DNA of 32,322 bases from positions 1-32,322 of IMG/VR virus record IMGVR_UViG_3300005758_000102. One strand, written 5' to 3'. Under the pieces are notes generated by a model. It had not been told where the DNA came from, ran no database searches, and worked only from the letters and a program-made list of their open reading frames with translations. Of the stretch, positions 18,496-25,370 are shown piece by piece (position 1 is the first letter of the stretch; every line of letters starts with the position of its first letter). The position numbers and the translations under genes are program-made. This DNA is from a virus. Lineage: Duplodnaviria; Caudoviricetes.

Positions 18496-18627
18496 ATGCT
18501 CGCATTCGCAATCTACCGCAATCAAGTCGTCGCCGTCGAAGGAATCGAAGGAAATGAAGCCGAAATTTCATTCGATGATGGAGGCGAAGAAATCGTCAAC
18601 ATCGAAGAACTCGATTTTATCCCATAA
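18496..18627 (+). CDS. Small acidic SH3/Tudor-like peptide (43 aa, MLAFAIYRNQVVAVEG...), not in ORF track
   Basis: Translated by hand; own promoter TTGCTT/TACTCT. Confidence 0.7.
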   Translation: MLAFAIYRNQVVAVEGIEGNEAEISFDDGGEEIVNIEELDFIP

Positions 18628-18669
18628 AAAACCTTGCGCGGGTTCTATCCCCGCATTAATCTTTTGATC

Positions 18670-19230
18670 ATGAAAAAACTCATGCTCGCCGCCACTATCG
18701 CAGGAATTGTTGCCGCGCTGTCTATTCAGACAGTGCCAAGCGTTCAGATAGTTAAAAACATTAAAAACTATCCTGTCCTTGTTGCGCCAAAGCATAAGGT
18801 GCAATGGTTTTCTAAAATGACGGAAAAAGTTAAGAGTTTCGAGTCATATCGTGCGCAGCCTTATCGTTGTCCTGCTGGCATCTTGACTGTTGGATATGGA
18901 CACACTGGTAAATATGCTGGCAATAGCATGAGCATATCCACAGCAGAGTTTATCCTCAAGCAAGAATTGATTGAAACAAAAAAACTGGTTCTGTCTAAGG
19001 TTAAGGTCAAACTTACGGAATACCAGCTTGCCGCGCTTGTCAGCTTTACTCATAACACAAATGAAAATTGTCTTGACGCTCTGATTAACGGTAAGAATCG
19101 ACTTAATAGCGGCAACTATGATAGCGTGCCTAAGTTGCTTCCTCTTTATGTTAAGGCCGCAGGTAAGACATTGCGTGGACTAGTTATCCGACGAGCTTAT
19201 GAAGTTAAGTTATGGCAGGGCATAAGTTAA
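18670..19230 (+). CDS. GH24 phage lysozyme with N-terminal signal/SAR-like segment
   Basis: FESYRAQPYRCPAGILTVGYGHT (E-x8-C-x5-T), AALVSFTHN and LRGLVIRRAYE; hydrophobic MKKLMLAATIAGIVAALS; leaderless ATG. Confidence 0.9.
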   Translation: MKKLMLAATIAGIVAALSIQTVPSVQIVKNIKNYPVLVAPKHKVQWFSKMTEKVKSFESYRAQPYRCPAGILTVGYGHTGKYAGNSMSISTAEFILKQELIETKKLVLSKVKVKLTEYQLAALVSFTHNTNENCLDALINGKNRLNSGNYDSVPKLLPLYVKAAGKTLRGLVIRRAYEVKLWQGIS

Positions 19231-19241
19231 GCTGGGCGTGT

Positions 19242-19318
19242 GTAACTCGTTGACGCTCAACGAGTTACGAAGGCGCGGCCCCCGCCGCCGCGCAAGTCCT
19301 TGATAATCAACAACTTAC
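19242..19318 (+). repeat. 77-bp double-box element, copy 5
   Basis: Box A is the perfect palindrome GTAACTCGTTGA-CGC-TCAACGAGTTAC; box B at 19292. Confidence 0.95.
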
Positions 19319-19384
19319 GTGTCAAGCACAAAATAATCAAAAAAAACTCTTGCCATACTGCTTAAATCCTGACAGACTTTGCTC

Positions 19385-19708
19385 ATGCTCACCGCGCACG
19401 AAGTTGACCAATACATCCGCCTGACTCTCAAAGAGTGGGGCATGGCCTCGGTGCGTGTGGAATGGATGCAATCAAAACGTTTTCTCGGGTTGGCTCATGC
19501 CGAAGAATCAAAAATCCAATTGTCGGAAAATGTTCTTGCGTCTTTCGGATTGTTTCGCGAAGTTTTCTTGCATGAGCTGGCGCATTTGCTTGACTTTCGC
19601 GAGCGTGGCACTTACTATGTCGGCAGCCGCCGAAGCCTCCATGGCCAGAACTGGCGCAAGTGGTGCCAAGTGTTGAAAATTCCCGCACGCTTGAGAATTC
19701 CCGTTTAA
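19385..19708 (+). CDS. SprT-like zinc metalloprotease
   Basis: FLHELAH, HGQNWRKWC and RFLGLA motifs. Confidence 0.8.
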   Translation: MLTAHEVDQYIRLTLKEWGMASVRVEWMQSKRFLGLAHAEESKIQLSENVLASFGLFREVFLHELAHLLDFRERGTYYVGSRRSLHGQNWRKWCQVLKIPARLRIPV

Positions 19709-19749
19709 TTGTTGACAAGCTGCTTCAAATCCCGCACACTGTCTCCGTC

Positions 19750-19932
19750 ATGGAACTCAAAAACAAAATGAATTTCGAAAAGCGTGTGAATAATTCGCTG
19801 GAAGAAATCATCGTGAGTAGCGGCATCGGTCATAGGACAAACGCTTATGACATGGATGCTTTGAAAAGAGCAATCAGAAAAGAACTGCGCCAAGCTTGGC
19901 TTCCGAAGGAATGGTCCGAAAAAGAAGATTAA
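19750..19932 (+). CDS. Hypothetical early protein (60 aa)
   Basis: Downstream of TTGACA/CACACT promoter. Confidence 0.7.
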   Translation: MELKNKMNFEKRVNNSLEEIIVSSGIGHRTNAYDMDALKRAIRKELRQAWLPKEWSEKED

Positions 19933-19933
19933 G

Positions 19934-20056
19934 ATGAAAATCACCTTGACAATCCCCGCCGCGAAGCCTAGGCTCCATTTCCCACCGCCTGTCATTCGTC
20001 ACACTGACAAAAAGAAACAAATCAAAAAAAATGCCTGCCGCAACAAACACTATTGA
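19934..20056 (+). CDS. Small basic peptide (40 aa, MKITLTIPAAKPR...HTDKKKQIKKNACRNKHY), not in ORF track
   Basis: Translated by hand; starts 1 nt after the previous stop. Confidence 0.55.
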   Translation: MKITLTIPAAKPRLHFPPPVIRHTDKKKQIKKNACRNKHY

Positions 20057-20519
20057 CATGACCCCCACATGGGAAAGCGTCCTCGATCTTCTTCTTTCCT
20101 CTCATCAAAACAAAAATGCTTGTATAAGGGATACAGCTTATACCGAATTGACTCGCATGGCCAAAACCGCCGATGCATACGTCGCAAGCCTAAAGCAATT
20201 GCCCGAACCTCCCCCAATCATCAAAGTAAATGAAGATTTTACTCATGGTCTTGATCTGCGTAATCCTATCCATGCGGAAGCGTATCTAAAAGCCGCATCG
20301 CACTTTCTGTCCAGTTGGCCTCAAGAATGGAGTGCCGAAACTCTTTGCCTCGCTCTGCTAGCCGAAGATGAAGACGACGAAAACTTCGCCAATCAAAAGG
20401 AAATCTTTCCTTGGGATGCAATCGAAAAGTCAAGCTCTTTTCAGACAGAGGGCGGAAATTTGTTTCTTGAACAGATCATCAATAGTCTGGCCGAAGATTT
20501 TGTGAAATTTCGTGGTTGA
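20031..20519 (+). CDS. Hypothetical early protein (162 aa)
   Basis: Clean ORF; IDMTPTW...ELTRMAKTAD N-terminal segment. Confidence 0.8.
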   Translation: MPAATNTIDMTPTWESVLDLLLSSHQNKNACIRDTAYTELTRMAKTADAYVASLKQLPEPPPIIKVNEDFTHGLDLRNPIHAEAYLKAASHFLSSWPQEWSAETLCLALLAEDEDDENFANQKEIFPWDAIEKSSSFQTEGGNLFLEQIINSLAEDFVKFRG

Positions 20520-20536
20520 CATGGCACGGTGAAAAT

Positions 20537-20565
20537 GGCAAGGGAGTTGTGGTGGCTCCCTTGCC
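20537..20565 (+). other. Hairpin with TTGTGGTGG loop (copy B)
   Basis: GGCAAGGGAG-TTGTGGTGG-CTCCCTTGCC. Confidence 0.7.
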
Positions 20566-20641
20566 TAACTCACTCAAGATCAACGAGTTACGCGGGCGCG
20601 GCCCCCGCGCCGTCGTAAGTCCTTGATAATCAACGAGTTAC
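20565..20641 (+). repeat. 77-bp double-box element, copy 6
   Basis: Boxes at 20565 and 20615; spacer GCGGGCGCGGCCCCCGCGCCGTC. Confidence 0.95.
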
Positions 20642-20770
20642 ACAGCATAAAAAAAAGTTCTTGACACGCTCTTGTCAAGCATAAAGCAAAATATGCGCAG
20701 CTTTTTTTTCTTGGAAAAATGCAAAATAGTTCTTGCAAGACCCGCCCGCCGATGCTACTCTGTCCCCGCC

Positions 20771-20983
20771 ATGACACGCTACACCATCCGCAAGACGGGC
20801 AACTGCAAAACTTATGAAACCCCGCTTTTCACTCTTCATGCTTTCCGCACACCTGCCCGTCCACTTGTGATTTTTACCAATGGAAACGAAGCTGCCAGCG
20901 TTTTCGTGGATCGCAAAGAAGCCGCCGATCTTTTGAAAAGAAAGTTCAAAAATAGTGTTGACAGGCGCGCCCAAAACGCTTAA
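20771..20983 (+). CDS. Hypothetical early protein (70 aa, MTRYTIRK...)
   Basis: ATG 9 nt after -10 TACTCT. Confidence 0.75.
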   Translation: MTRYTIRKTGNCKTYETPLFTLHAFRTPARPLVIFTNGNEAASVFVDRKEAADLLKRKFKNSVDRRAQNA

Positions 20984-21022
20984 TCTTTCCCCGTAACCGC
21001 AACCCGCAACTAACCAAACCAA

Positions 21023-21442
21023 ATGCAAGAATCCACCGTCGCCGCCATCTTCGCCTTCGCCTTTTACGGCCTGATCATCACGATCACCGCCCTCGTCATC
21101 TTCCTCACCATTCACACGTTCATCACAGAATATCGCCTTTCCAAAACCAAACCAGTAGAAACCAAACCAATGACCAAAACCATGCAAGTCGAACTCGACA
21201 ACCTGATCGCAGAAACCAAGGGCAAGTTCTTTTCCATCACCTTTGTCAAGAAGGATGGCACCACCCGCGTCATCAATGGCAAGGACAAATACCAGCGTCT
21301 CCTGAAGGGTGGAGTTGACACCGTGCGCGATGCGGGCTATGTCCCCTTCGTCAACCGCAATACCGAAAAGTGGGCTTCCGCTCACAAGGATGCGGTCGTG
21401 ACCTTCCGCTGCGGATCGCTTGTCAAGGAGGTTTCGCACTGA
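21023..21442 (+). CDS. Protein with N-terminal TM helix and SH3/WYL-like beta-barrel
   Basis: Hydrophobic residues ~6-33; KFFSITFVKKDGTTR motif; possible internal start near 21170. Confidence 0.7.
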   Translation: MQESTVAAIFAFAFYGLIITITALVIFLTIHTFITEYRLSKTKPVETKPMTKTMQVELDNLIAETKGKFFSITFVKKDGTTRVINGKDKYQRLLKGGVDTVRDAGYVPFVNRNTEKWASAHKDAVVTFRCGSLVKEVSH

Positions 21443-21452
21443 ATATCGGCCT

Positions 21453-21470
21453 CGCCCCCGAAAGGGGGCG
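21453..21470 (+). terminator. GC hairpin (terminator-like, no U-tract)
   Basis: CGCCCCC-GAAA-GGGGGCG. Confidence 0.55.
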
Positions 21471-21516
21471 CGGCTCTCCGCTTGTCAAGAAAAAAAATCA
21501 ATAAAAAACCAGCCTC

Positions 21517-21593
21517 GTAAGTCACTGAGTATCAAAGACTTATGGAGGCGCGGCCCCCGCGCCGTCGTAACTCGTTGATAATGAACGACTTAC
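21517..21593 (+). repeat. 77-bp double-box element, copy 7
   Basis: Boxes at 21517 and 21567. Confidence 0.95.
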
Positions 21594-21773
21594 GCATGCA
21601 AAAAAAAGTATTGACAGGCGTTTGTCAAGCATAAAGCAAAAAATGCGCAGTCTTTTTTCTCACCTAAAAACGCGAAAACAATCAAAAACGTGTTGACTCT
21701 GCTGCGTCCTGTGCTATTCTTTCCCCATCGCCACTGACGGCGCACCAACTCCAACTCCCAATCCCACAACATT

Positions 21774-22568
21774 ATGGCCCTCATCATCGCAAAGAACAAG
21801 GTTTCCTCTGAACAACTCGTCGGCGTGCAGACTCCTGAGCGCACCGATTCGTTCACTCCGATTCCACACGCCCAGCTTGTGAATCTCACCCGCGATGCCA
21901 TCGCCCGCGCTGGTCTTGAAGTCGGTCTTGAAGAGCATTCGCTTGCCCGTGGTGGCCAGCGTTACTTCGGCGGCTTCGCCCTCAAGGGTCTTGACATTAC
22001 TGGCGCGGATCGCGAAATCGTTCTCGGTTTGCGCAATGCTCACGACAAGAGCTTCGCCGCCAGCGTGTGCATCGGCAATCGCATGCTGGTCTGTGAAAAT
22101 CTTTGCTTCTCTTCTGATGTGAAGCTCGCCCGCCGCCATACTACCAACATCATCGCGGATCTTCCCCGCGTGCTGTCGGATGCTGTCGCCCGCGTGGTTT
22201 CTCATTGGAATGACATGGAAAACCGTATCTCCCTTTACAAGCAGACGGAAATTTCCCGTGATCGTGCCGCTGATCTTCTCATCGACCTTGTGGACGCCAA
22301 GGCTTTCCCCGCTCGCGACATTTACAGTGCCGTTCAGGAATTCCGCAATCCTCGTCACGAAGAATTCAAGGGTGGCACCCTCTGGACCCTTTACAATTCC
22401 ATCACGGAAAATCTCAAAGGTGGCGACCTTAGCAAGTTGCCGTTCCGCACGATGACCGCGCAAAGCGTTTTTGACCGCATCGCGGGACATCGCCCGCAGA
22501 TTGTTGTTGACATCGACCCAGCCGACGCTGGAACGGAAGACATCGAGCCTCTGGTGGTGATGGGCTGA
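21774..22568 (+). CDS. DUF932-family protein
   Basis: FTPIPH, LGLRNAHDKS, RMLVCENL, RRHT and TLWTLYNSITE motifs. Confidence 0.8.
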   Translation: MALIIAKNKVSSEQLVGVQTPERTDSFTPIPHAQLVNLTRDAIARAGLEVGLEEHSLARGGQRYFGGFALKGLDITGADREIVLGLRNAHDKSFAASVCIGNRMLVCENLCFSSDVKLARRHTTNIIADLPRVLSDAVARVVSHWNDMENRISLYKQTEISRDRAADLLIDLVDAKAFPARDIYSAVQEFRNPRHEEFKGGTLWTLYNSITENLKGGDLSKLPFRTMTAQSVFDRIAGHRPQIVVDIDPADAGTEDIEPLVVMG

Positions 22569-22578
22569 CGGCGAAAGG

Positions 22579-22609
22579 CTGCGCCCCGCGAAAGCGGGGC
22601 GCAGTTCTT
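22579..22609 (+). terminator. Rho-independent terminator
   Basis: CTGCGCCCCGC-GAAA-GCGGGGCGCAG-TTCTT. Confidence 0.8.
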
Positions 22610-22637
22610 GCATTTGTCAAGCAAAAAAATAATCGGT

Positions 22638-22714
22638 ATAAGTCGTTGACGCTCAACGAGTTACGCGGGCGCGGCCCCCGCGCCGTCGTAAGTCCCTGAT
22701 AATCAACGAGTTGT
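22638..22714 (+). repeat. 77-bp double-box element, copy 8
   Basis: Boxes at 22638 and 22688; spacer identical to copy 6. Confidence 0.95.
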
Positions 22715-22828
22715 GTGTCAAGTTTTTTTTCTGTTTTTTTTCTTGTCAAGCATTTTCTCAAGAAAAGTTTTTTCGGAAAAGATGCAGAAAACGCTTGCAA
22801 AGCTCGGGCCGCTTGGTATCTTGTGGCC

Positions 22829-23545
22829 GTGAAACTTCTCACCACTTCCAACACCAAAATCCGCAAGGGCGAAAAGCTCGGTTTCTCCACCTTTGGAATC
22901 CACCTTGCACCTTCCAATCTGTCGGGCTTCAATACTTGCAAAGATGCGTCCGCAGGATGCGCAGCGGCATGCCTCAACACGGCGGGCATGGGAGTTTATT
23001 CGACCGTCCAGCAGGCACGAATCGCAAAAACTCGCCTTTTCTTTTCCGACAAGTCGGCTTTCATGAAGCAGCTTGTGAAGGAAATCGCGGCAGCCGTTAA
23101 AAAAGCAAACAAAAATGGCATGCAAGCGGCTTTCCGTCTCAATCTTACGTCGGACCTTCCATGGGAAAAAATTCGTCACGATGGCAAGAACATTTTCGAG
23201 CTTTTCCCCTCGGTCCAGTTCTATGACTACACCGCCACGCTTTCCCGCATGTCGGCTTTCCTCGCTGGCGAAATGCCCGCAAATTACCATTTGACTTTCT
23301 CGCGCAAGGAGAACACGCCGAACGCAATTGTCGAAAGCGTCTTGCGCTCTGGTGGCAATGTGGCCGTCGTGTTTCGCAAGAGCCTGCCCACCCGTGCATT
23401 TGGCGCGGACGTTGTGAACGGTGACGAAACGGATGCCCGCTTTCTGGATGGCAAGGGGAAGGTCATCGGCCTTGTGGAAAAGGGCCGCGCTAAAAAAGAC
23501 TTGACAGGCTTTGTGCTAGAGCCTGAAAATGGAGGTGCCATCTGA
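22829..23545 (+). CDS. GP88-like (radical-SAM-like Cys cluster) phage protein
   Basis: NTCKDASAGCAAACL, RLNLTSD, QFYDYT, NYHLTFS and GDETDARFLD motifs; GTG 6 nt after -10 TATCTT. Confidence 0.75.
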   Translation: MKLLTTSNTKIRKGEKLGFSTFGIHLAPSNLSGFNTCKDASAGCAAACLNTAGMGVYSTVQQARIAKTRLFFSDKSAFMKQLVKEIAAAVKKANKNGMQAAFRLNLTSDLPWEKIRHDGKNIFELFPSVQFYDYTATLSRMSAFLAGEMPANYHLTFSRKENTPNAIVESVLRSGGNVAVVFRKSLPTRAFGADVVNGDETDARFLDGKGKVIGLVEKGRAKKDLTGFVLEPENGGAI

Positions 23546-23610
23546 TGGACCCTAAAATCACAATTCTCTTGCTTTTCCTGCTTTCTCTGGTAGCCTGCTT
23601 TAAGCGATGA
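23545..23610 (+). CDS. 21-aa hydrophobic peptide MDPKITILLLFLLSLVACFKR
   Basis: TGATG overlap upstream and ATGA overlap downstream imply translational coupling. Confidence 0.5.
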   Translation: MDPKITILLLFLLSLVACFKR

Positions 23611-23798
23611 AGAAAATCTTTCAGACCCTGTTGGAAACTGAAGTCGGCCAGTTCTTGGTGAATGCAGAACATGATAACTGTAAAGTTATGTCTTTGAGGG
23701 TTTACCCTATCTCTGACGGAGTTGTGGGCGAGGCTGCGCCTTTCGACATGCATGATCTGCCAGAGGTTGTCAAGAAAATTGAAGCGGTTCTGTCCTAA
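23607..23798 (+). CDS. Hypothetical early protein (63 aa)
   Basis: Coupled ORF ending just before element 9. Confidence 0.7.
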   Translation: MKKIFQTLLETEVGQFLVNAEHDNCKVMSLRVYPISDGVVGEAAPFDMHDLPEVVKKIEAVLS

Positions 23799-23808
23799 AA
23801 ATCCCTGC

Positions 23809-23885
23809 GTAACTCGCTGAGTATCAACGAGTTACGACGGCGGGGCCGCCCCGCGTGCGCAAGTCCTTGAAAATGAGAGACTTAC
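23809..23885 (+). repeat. 77-bp double-box element, copy 9
   Basis: Boxes at 23809 and 23859. Confidence 0.95.
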
Positions 23886-23944
23886 AGCGGAAAAAAATCA
23901 CAAAAAAAAGTTGACCAACCAAATCCTTTTGCTAGTCTTTCCGC

Positions 23945-24346
23945 ATGCCCTTCTTGTATCGCCTCGAAAACAAAGAGACTCGCATTGGCTTTTACAATCA
24001 CCTGACCCATGACCATGAAACAGGTTTTCGACGCTACTTCTGCGCTTTAGTCAGGGAGTATTTAGATATGGGATTCAGCGAGGATTATCATCTTAGTCCA
24101 TTTCACAATGGATTGGGAAAATATCATAACGATTCTTCTCGATATGGCTTTTGCTCACTGAACAAACTGCGCAAGTGGTTTGGAACAAGCAAAAGGTTTT
24201 ATGATTTCTGTGCGAGATATGATATGGTTATCCGTCGCTACACCGTGAATAACCGCTTTGATTCAGACCGCCAATCTATCTCTATGGTGCAAGAGATGAA
24301 TCGTTTTGTTGAGATTTCATTTGACAGGGTGATCGAAACCGAATAA
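23945..24346 (+). CDS. Hypothetical early protein (133 aa, leaderless)
   Basis: ATG 6 nt after -10 TAGTCT; LYRLE...YGFCSLNKLRKWF pattern. Confidence 0.8.
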   Translation: MPFLYRLENKETRIGFYNHLTHDHETGFRRYFCALVREYLDMGFSEDYHLSPFHNGLGKYHNDSSRYGFCSLNKLRKWFGTSKRFYDFCARYDMVIRRYTVNNRFDSDRQSISMVQEMNRFVEISFDRVIETE

Positions 24347-24356
24347 ATTCTTCCAC

Positions 24357-24527
24357 ATGGACGCAAGACAACACATCATTCACGAAGCAATCGAAGAGCA
24401 GCGCCAAATCTTCGGCATGGAAAATCCAGATAAACAATGGATCTTGTCAAGCTGGGATACATGGGAAAAGAATCCTTTTTATCAGGGCGAAGATCAGCGG
24501 CACCCAGAAGACGACGGCCCTTTTTAA
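24357..24527 (+). CDS. Small protein (56 aa, ...WILSSWDTWEKNPFYQG...HPEDD), not in ORF track
   Basis: Translated by hand; ATG 7 nt after TTGACA/TAAATT promoter. Confidence 0.75.
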   Translation: MDARQHIIHEAIEEQRQIFGMENPDKQWILSSWDTWEKNPFYQGEDQRHPEDDGPF

Positions 24528-24576
24528 TCAAAAAAAGCTTGCACAAATTCATTCATTCTATTACATTTCCCCCGCC

Positions 24577-24927
24577 ATGAAAGTCCGCGTTTACTTCAAC
24601 CTCGCAAAGAAACTCCTTTCTGTTCAAGCCAAAGTGAATGGCGTGTGGAAAGTCGTGCGCCACCGCCAATCCATCTCGCTGACGGATGTTGTTTTCAAGG
24701 TATCCGAAAAGGGTCGCCAGCGTGTAATTAAAAACAAAAGAAAAAACGTGCATGCCTACATCTGCGGCACGATTTTTGAAGGTCAGTCCAATCTCAACGA
24801 ATGGATGGATTTGATCACATACAACCCTTACAAGCTGGAAAAATTCTACGACGGTCAAAAATATGTTGACACCGCCGACAGAGTTTTCATCAAGGGCCGC
24901 ATGATCTACGCCACCAACCCCCAATAA
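24577..24927 (+). CDS. Hypothetical phage protein (116 aa, KVRVYFNL...)
   Basis: Own promoter TTGCAC/TACATT. Confidence 0.85.
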   Translation: MKVRVYFNLAKKLLSVQAKVNGVWKVVRHRQSISLTDVVFKVSEKGRQRVIKNKRKNVHAYICGTIFEGQSNLNEWMDLITYNPYKLEKFYDGQKYVDTADRVFIKGRMIYATNPQ

Positions 24928-24928
24928 A

Positions 24929-25174
24929 ATGAGCCGTTCCACAAGCAAAAAATATCCGAAAAAGTTTGACAGCCGCCGCTTTGACTGGTCATGTCGCAAT
25001 CATGGCTCTTGTGCCTACTGCCGCCGCAATCGTCTGCATTTCGATGCAAGGGCGCGTGTCAAGGCAAATATGAAAGAACAAATGGGCGACTACATCGACC
25101 GCATGATCGGCGCGGGCGACCCCGTTGACGTTCTGATGGATGACGAAGATTGGGAAATGCGAGATCTGTTGTAA
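24929..25174 (+). CDS. Small Cys/His protein (SCRNHGSCAYC)
   Basis: Adjacent ORF; stop codon lies inside element 10. Confidence 0.75.
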   Translation: MSRSTSKKYPKKFDSRRFDWSCRNHGSCAYCRRNRLHFDARARVKANMKEQMGDYIDRMIGAGDPVDVLMDDEDWEMRDLL

Positions 25175-25247
25175 GTGATTGAAAATCAACGACTTACAGC
25201 GGCAGGGGGGCCGCGCCTCCGTAACCCCTTCACACTCAACGACTTAC
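25171..25247 (-). repeat. 77-bp double-box element, copy 10, inverted
   Basis: Boxes at 25171 and 25221; spacer reverse complement GGAGGCGCGGCCCCCCTGCCGCT matches the copy 7 spacer. Confidence 0.9.
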
Positions 25248-25294
25248 GAATCTCTTCACAAGTCGCTGGTGATCAGGTAGTTACATACGCACGT

Positions 25295-25370
25295 TATTAC
25301 GGCTTTACTTATTTGGCTTTTTGTTATTTGCTGTTATTTTATTTGCCGTATTTGCGATTGCCGTTATTTG
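25295..25370. repeat. TATTTG micro-array 1
   Basis: TATTTG at 25310, 25325, 25340, 25349 and 25365. Confidence 0.7.

Larger units (their letters stand above)
14900..24567 (+). promoter_or_regulatory. Series of ~22 host sigma70-type early promoters (TTG[A/C]NN-16/17 bp-TA[C/A/T]TCT-like)
   Basis: -35 hexamers start at 14900, 15285, 15522, 16015, 16597, 16873, 17400, 17610, 17849, 18278, 18440, 18634, 19350, 19712, 19946, 20733, 20958, 21693, 22795, 23911, 24321 and 24539; most have upstream A-tracts. Confidence 0.85.

Noticed and set aside
17226-20679. TGTCAAG motifs as antisense sigma70 promoters
   Set aside because: In the copies checked (17226, 20673) the position 17 bp away on the minus strand reads ACCACA or TTTTTT, not a -10
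14773-22828. Upstream-extended starts in the ORF track (e.g. 14773, 15480, 16495, 17441, 18211, 20672, 22715)
   Set aside because: The extensions run through promoters, A-tracts or repeat elements; the downstream starts fit promoter geometry
20675-23290. Long minus-strand ORFs (20675-21439, 21714-22613, 22429-22989, 22718-23290)
   Set aside because: Antisense shadows of GC-rich plus-strand genes that have promoters and recognisable motifs
15847-25247. CRISPR array interpretation of the repeated boxes
   Set aside because: Boxes occur only in pairs, the 23-bp spacers resemble each other, pairs are separated by whole genes, and no cas genes are present
15847-25247. Canonical integron attC sites
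   Set aside because: Only copy 6 begins with RYYYAAC; GTTRRRY ends are not conserved; cassettes are multigenic with their own promoters; no IntI in the window. Kept only as an analogy
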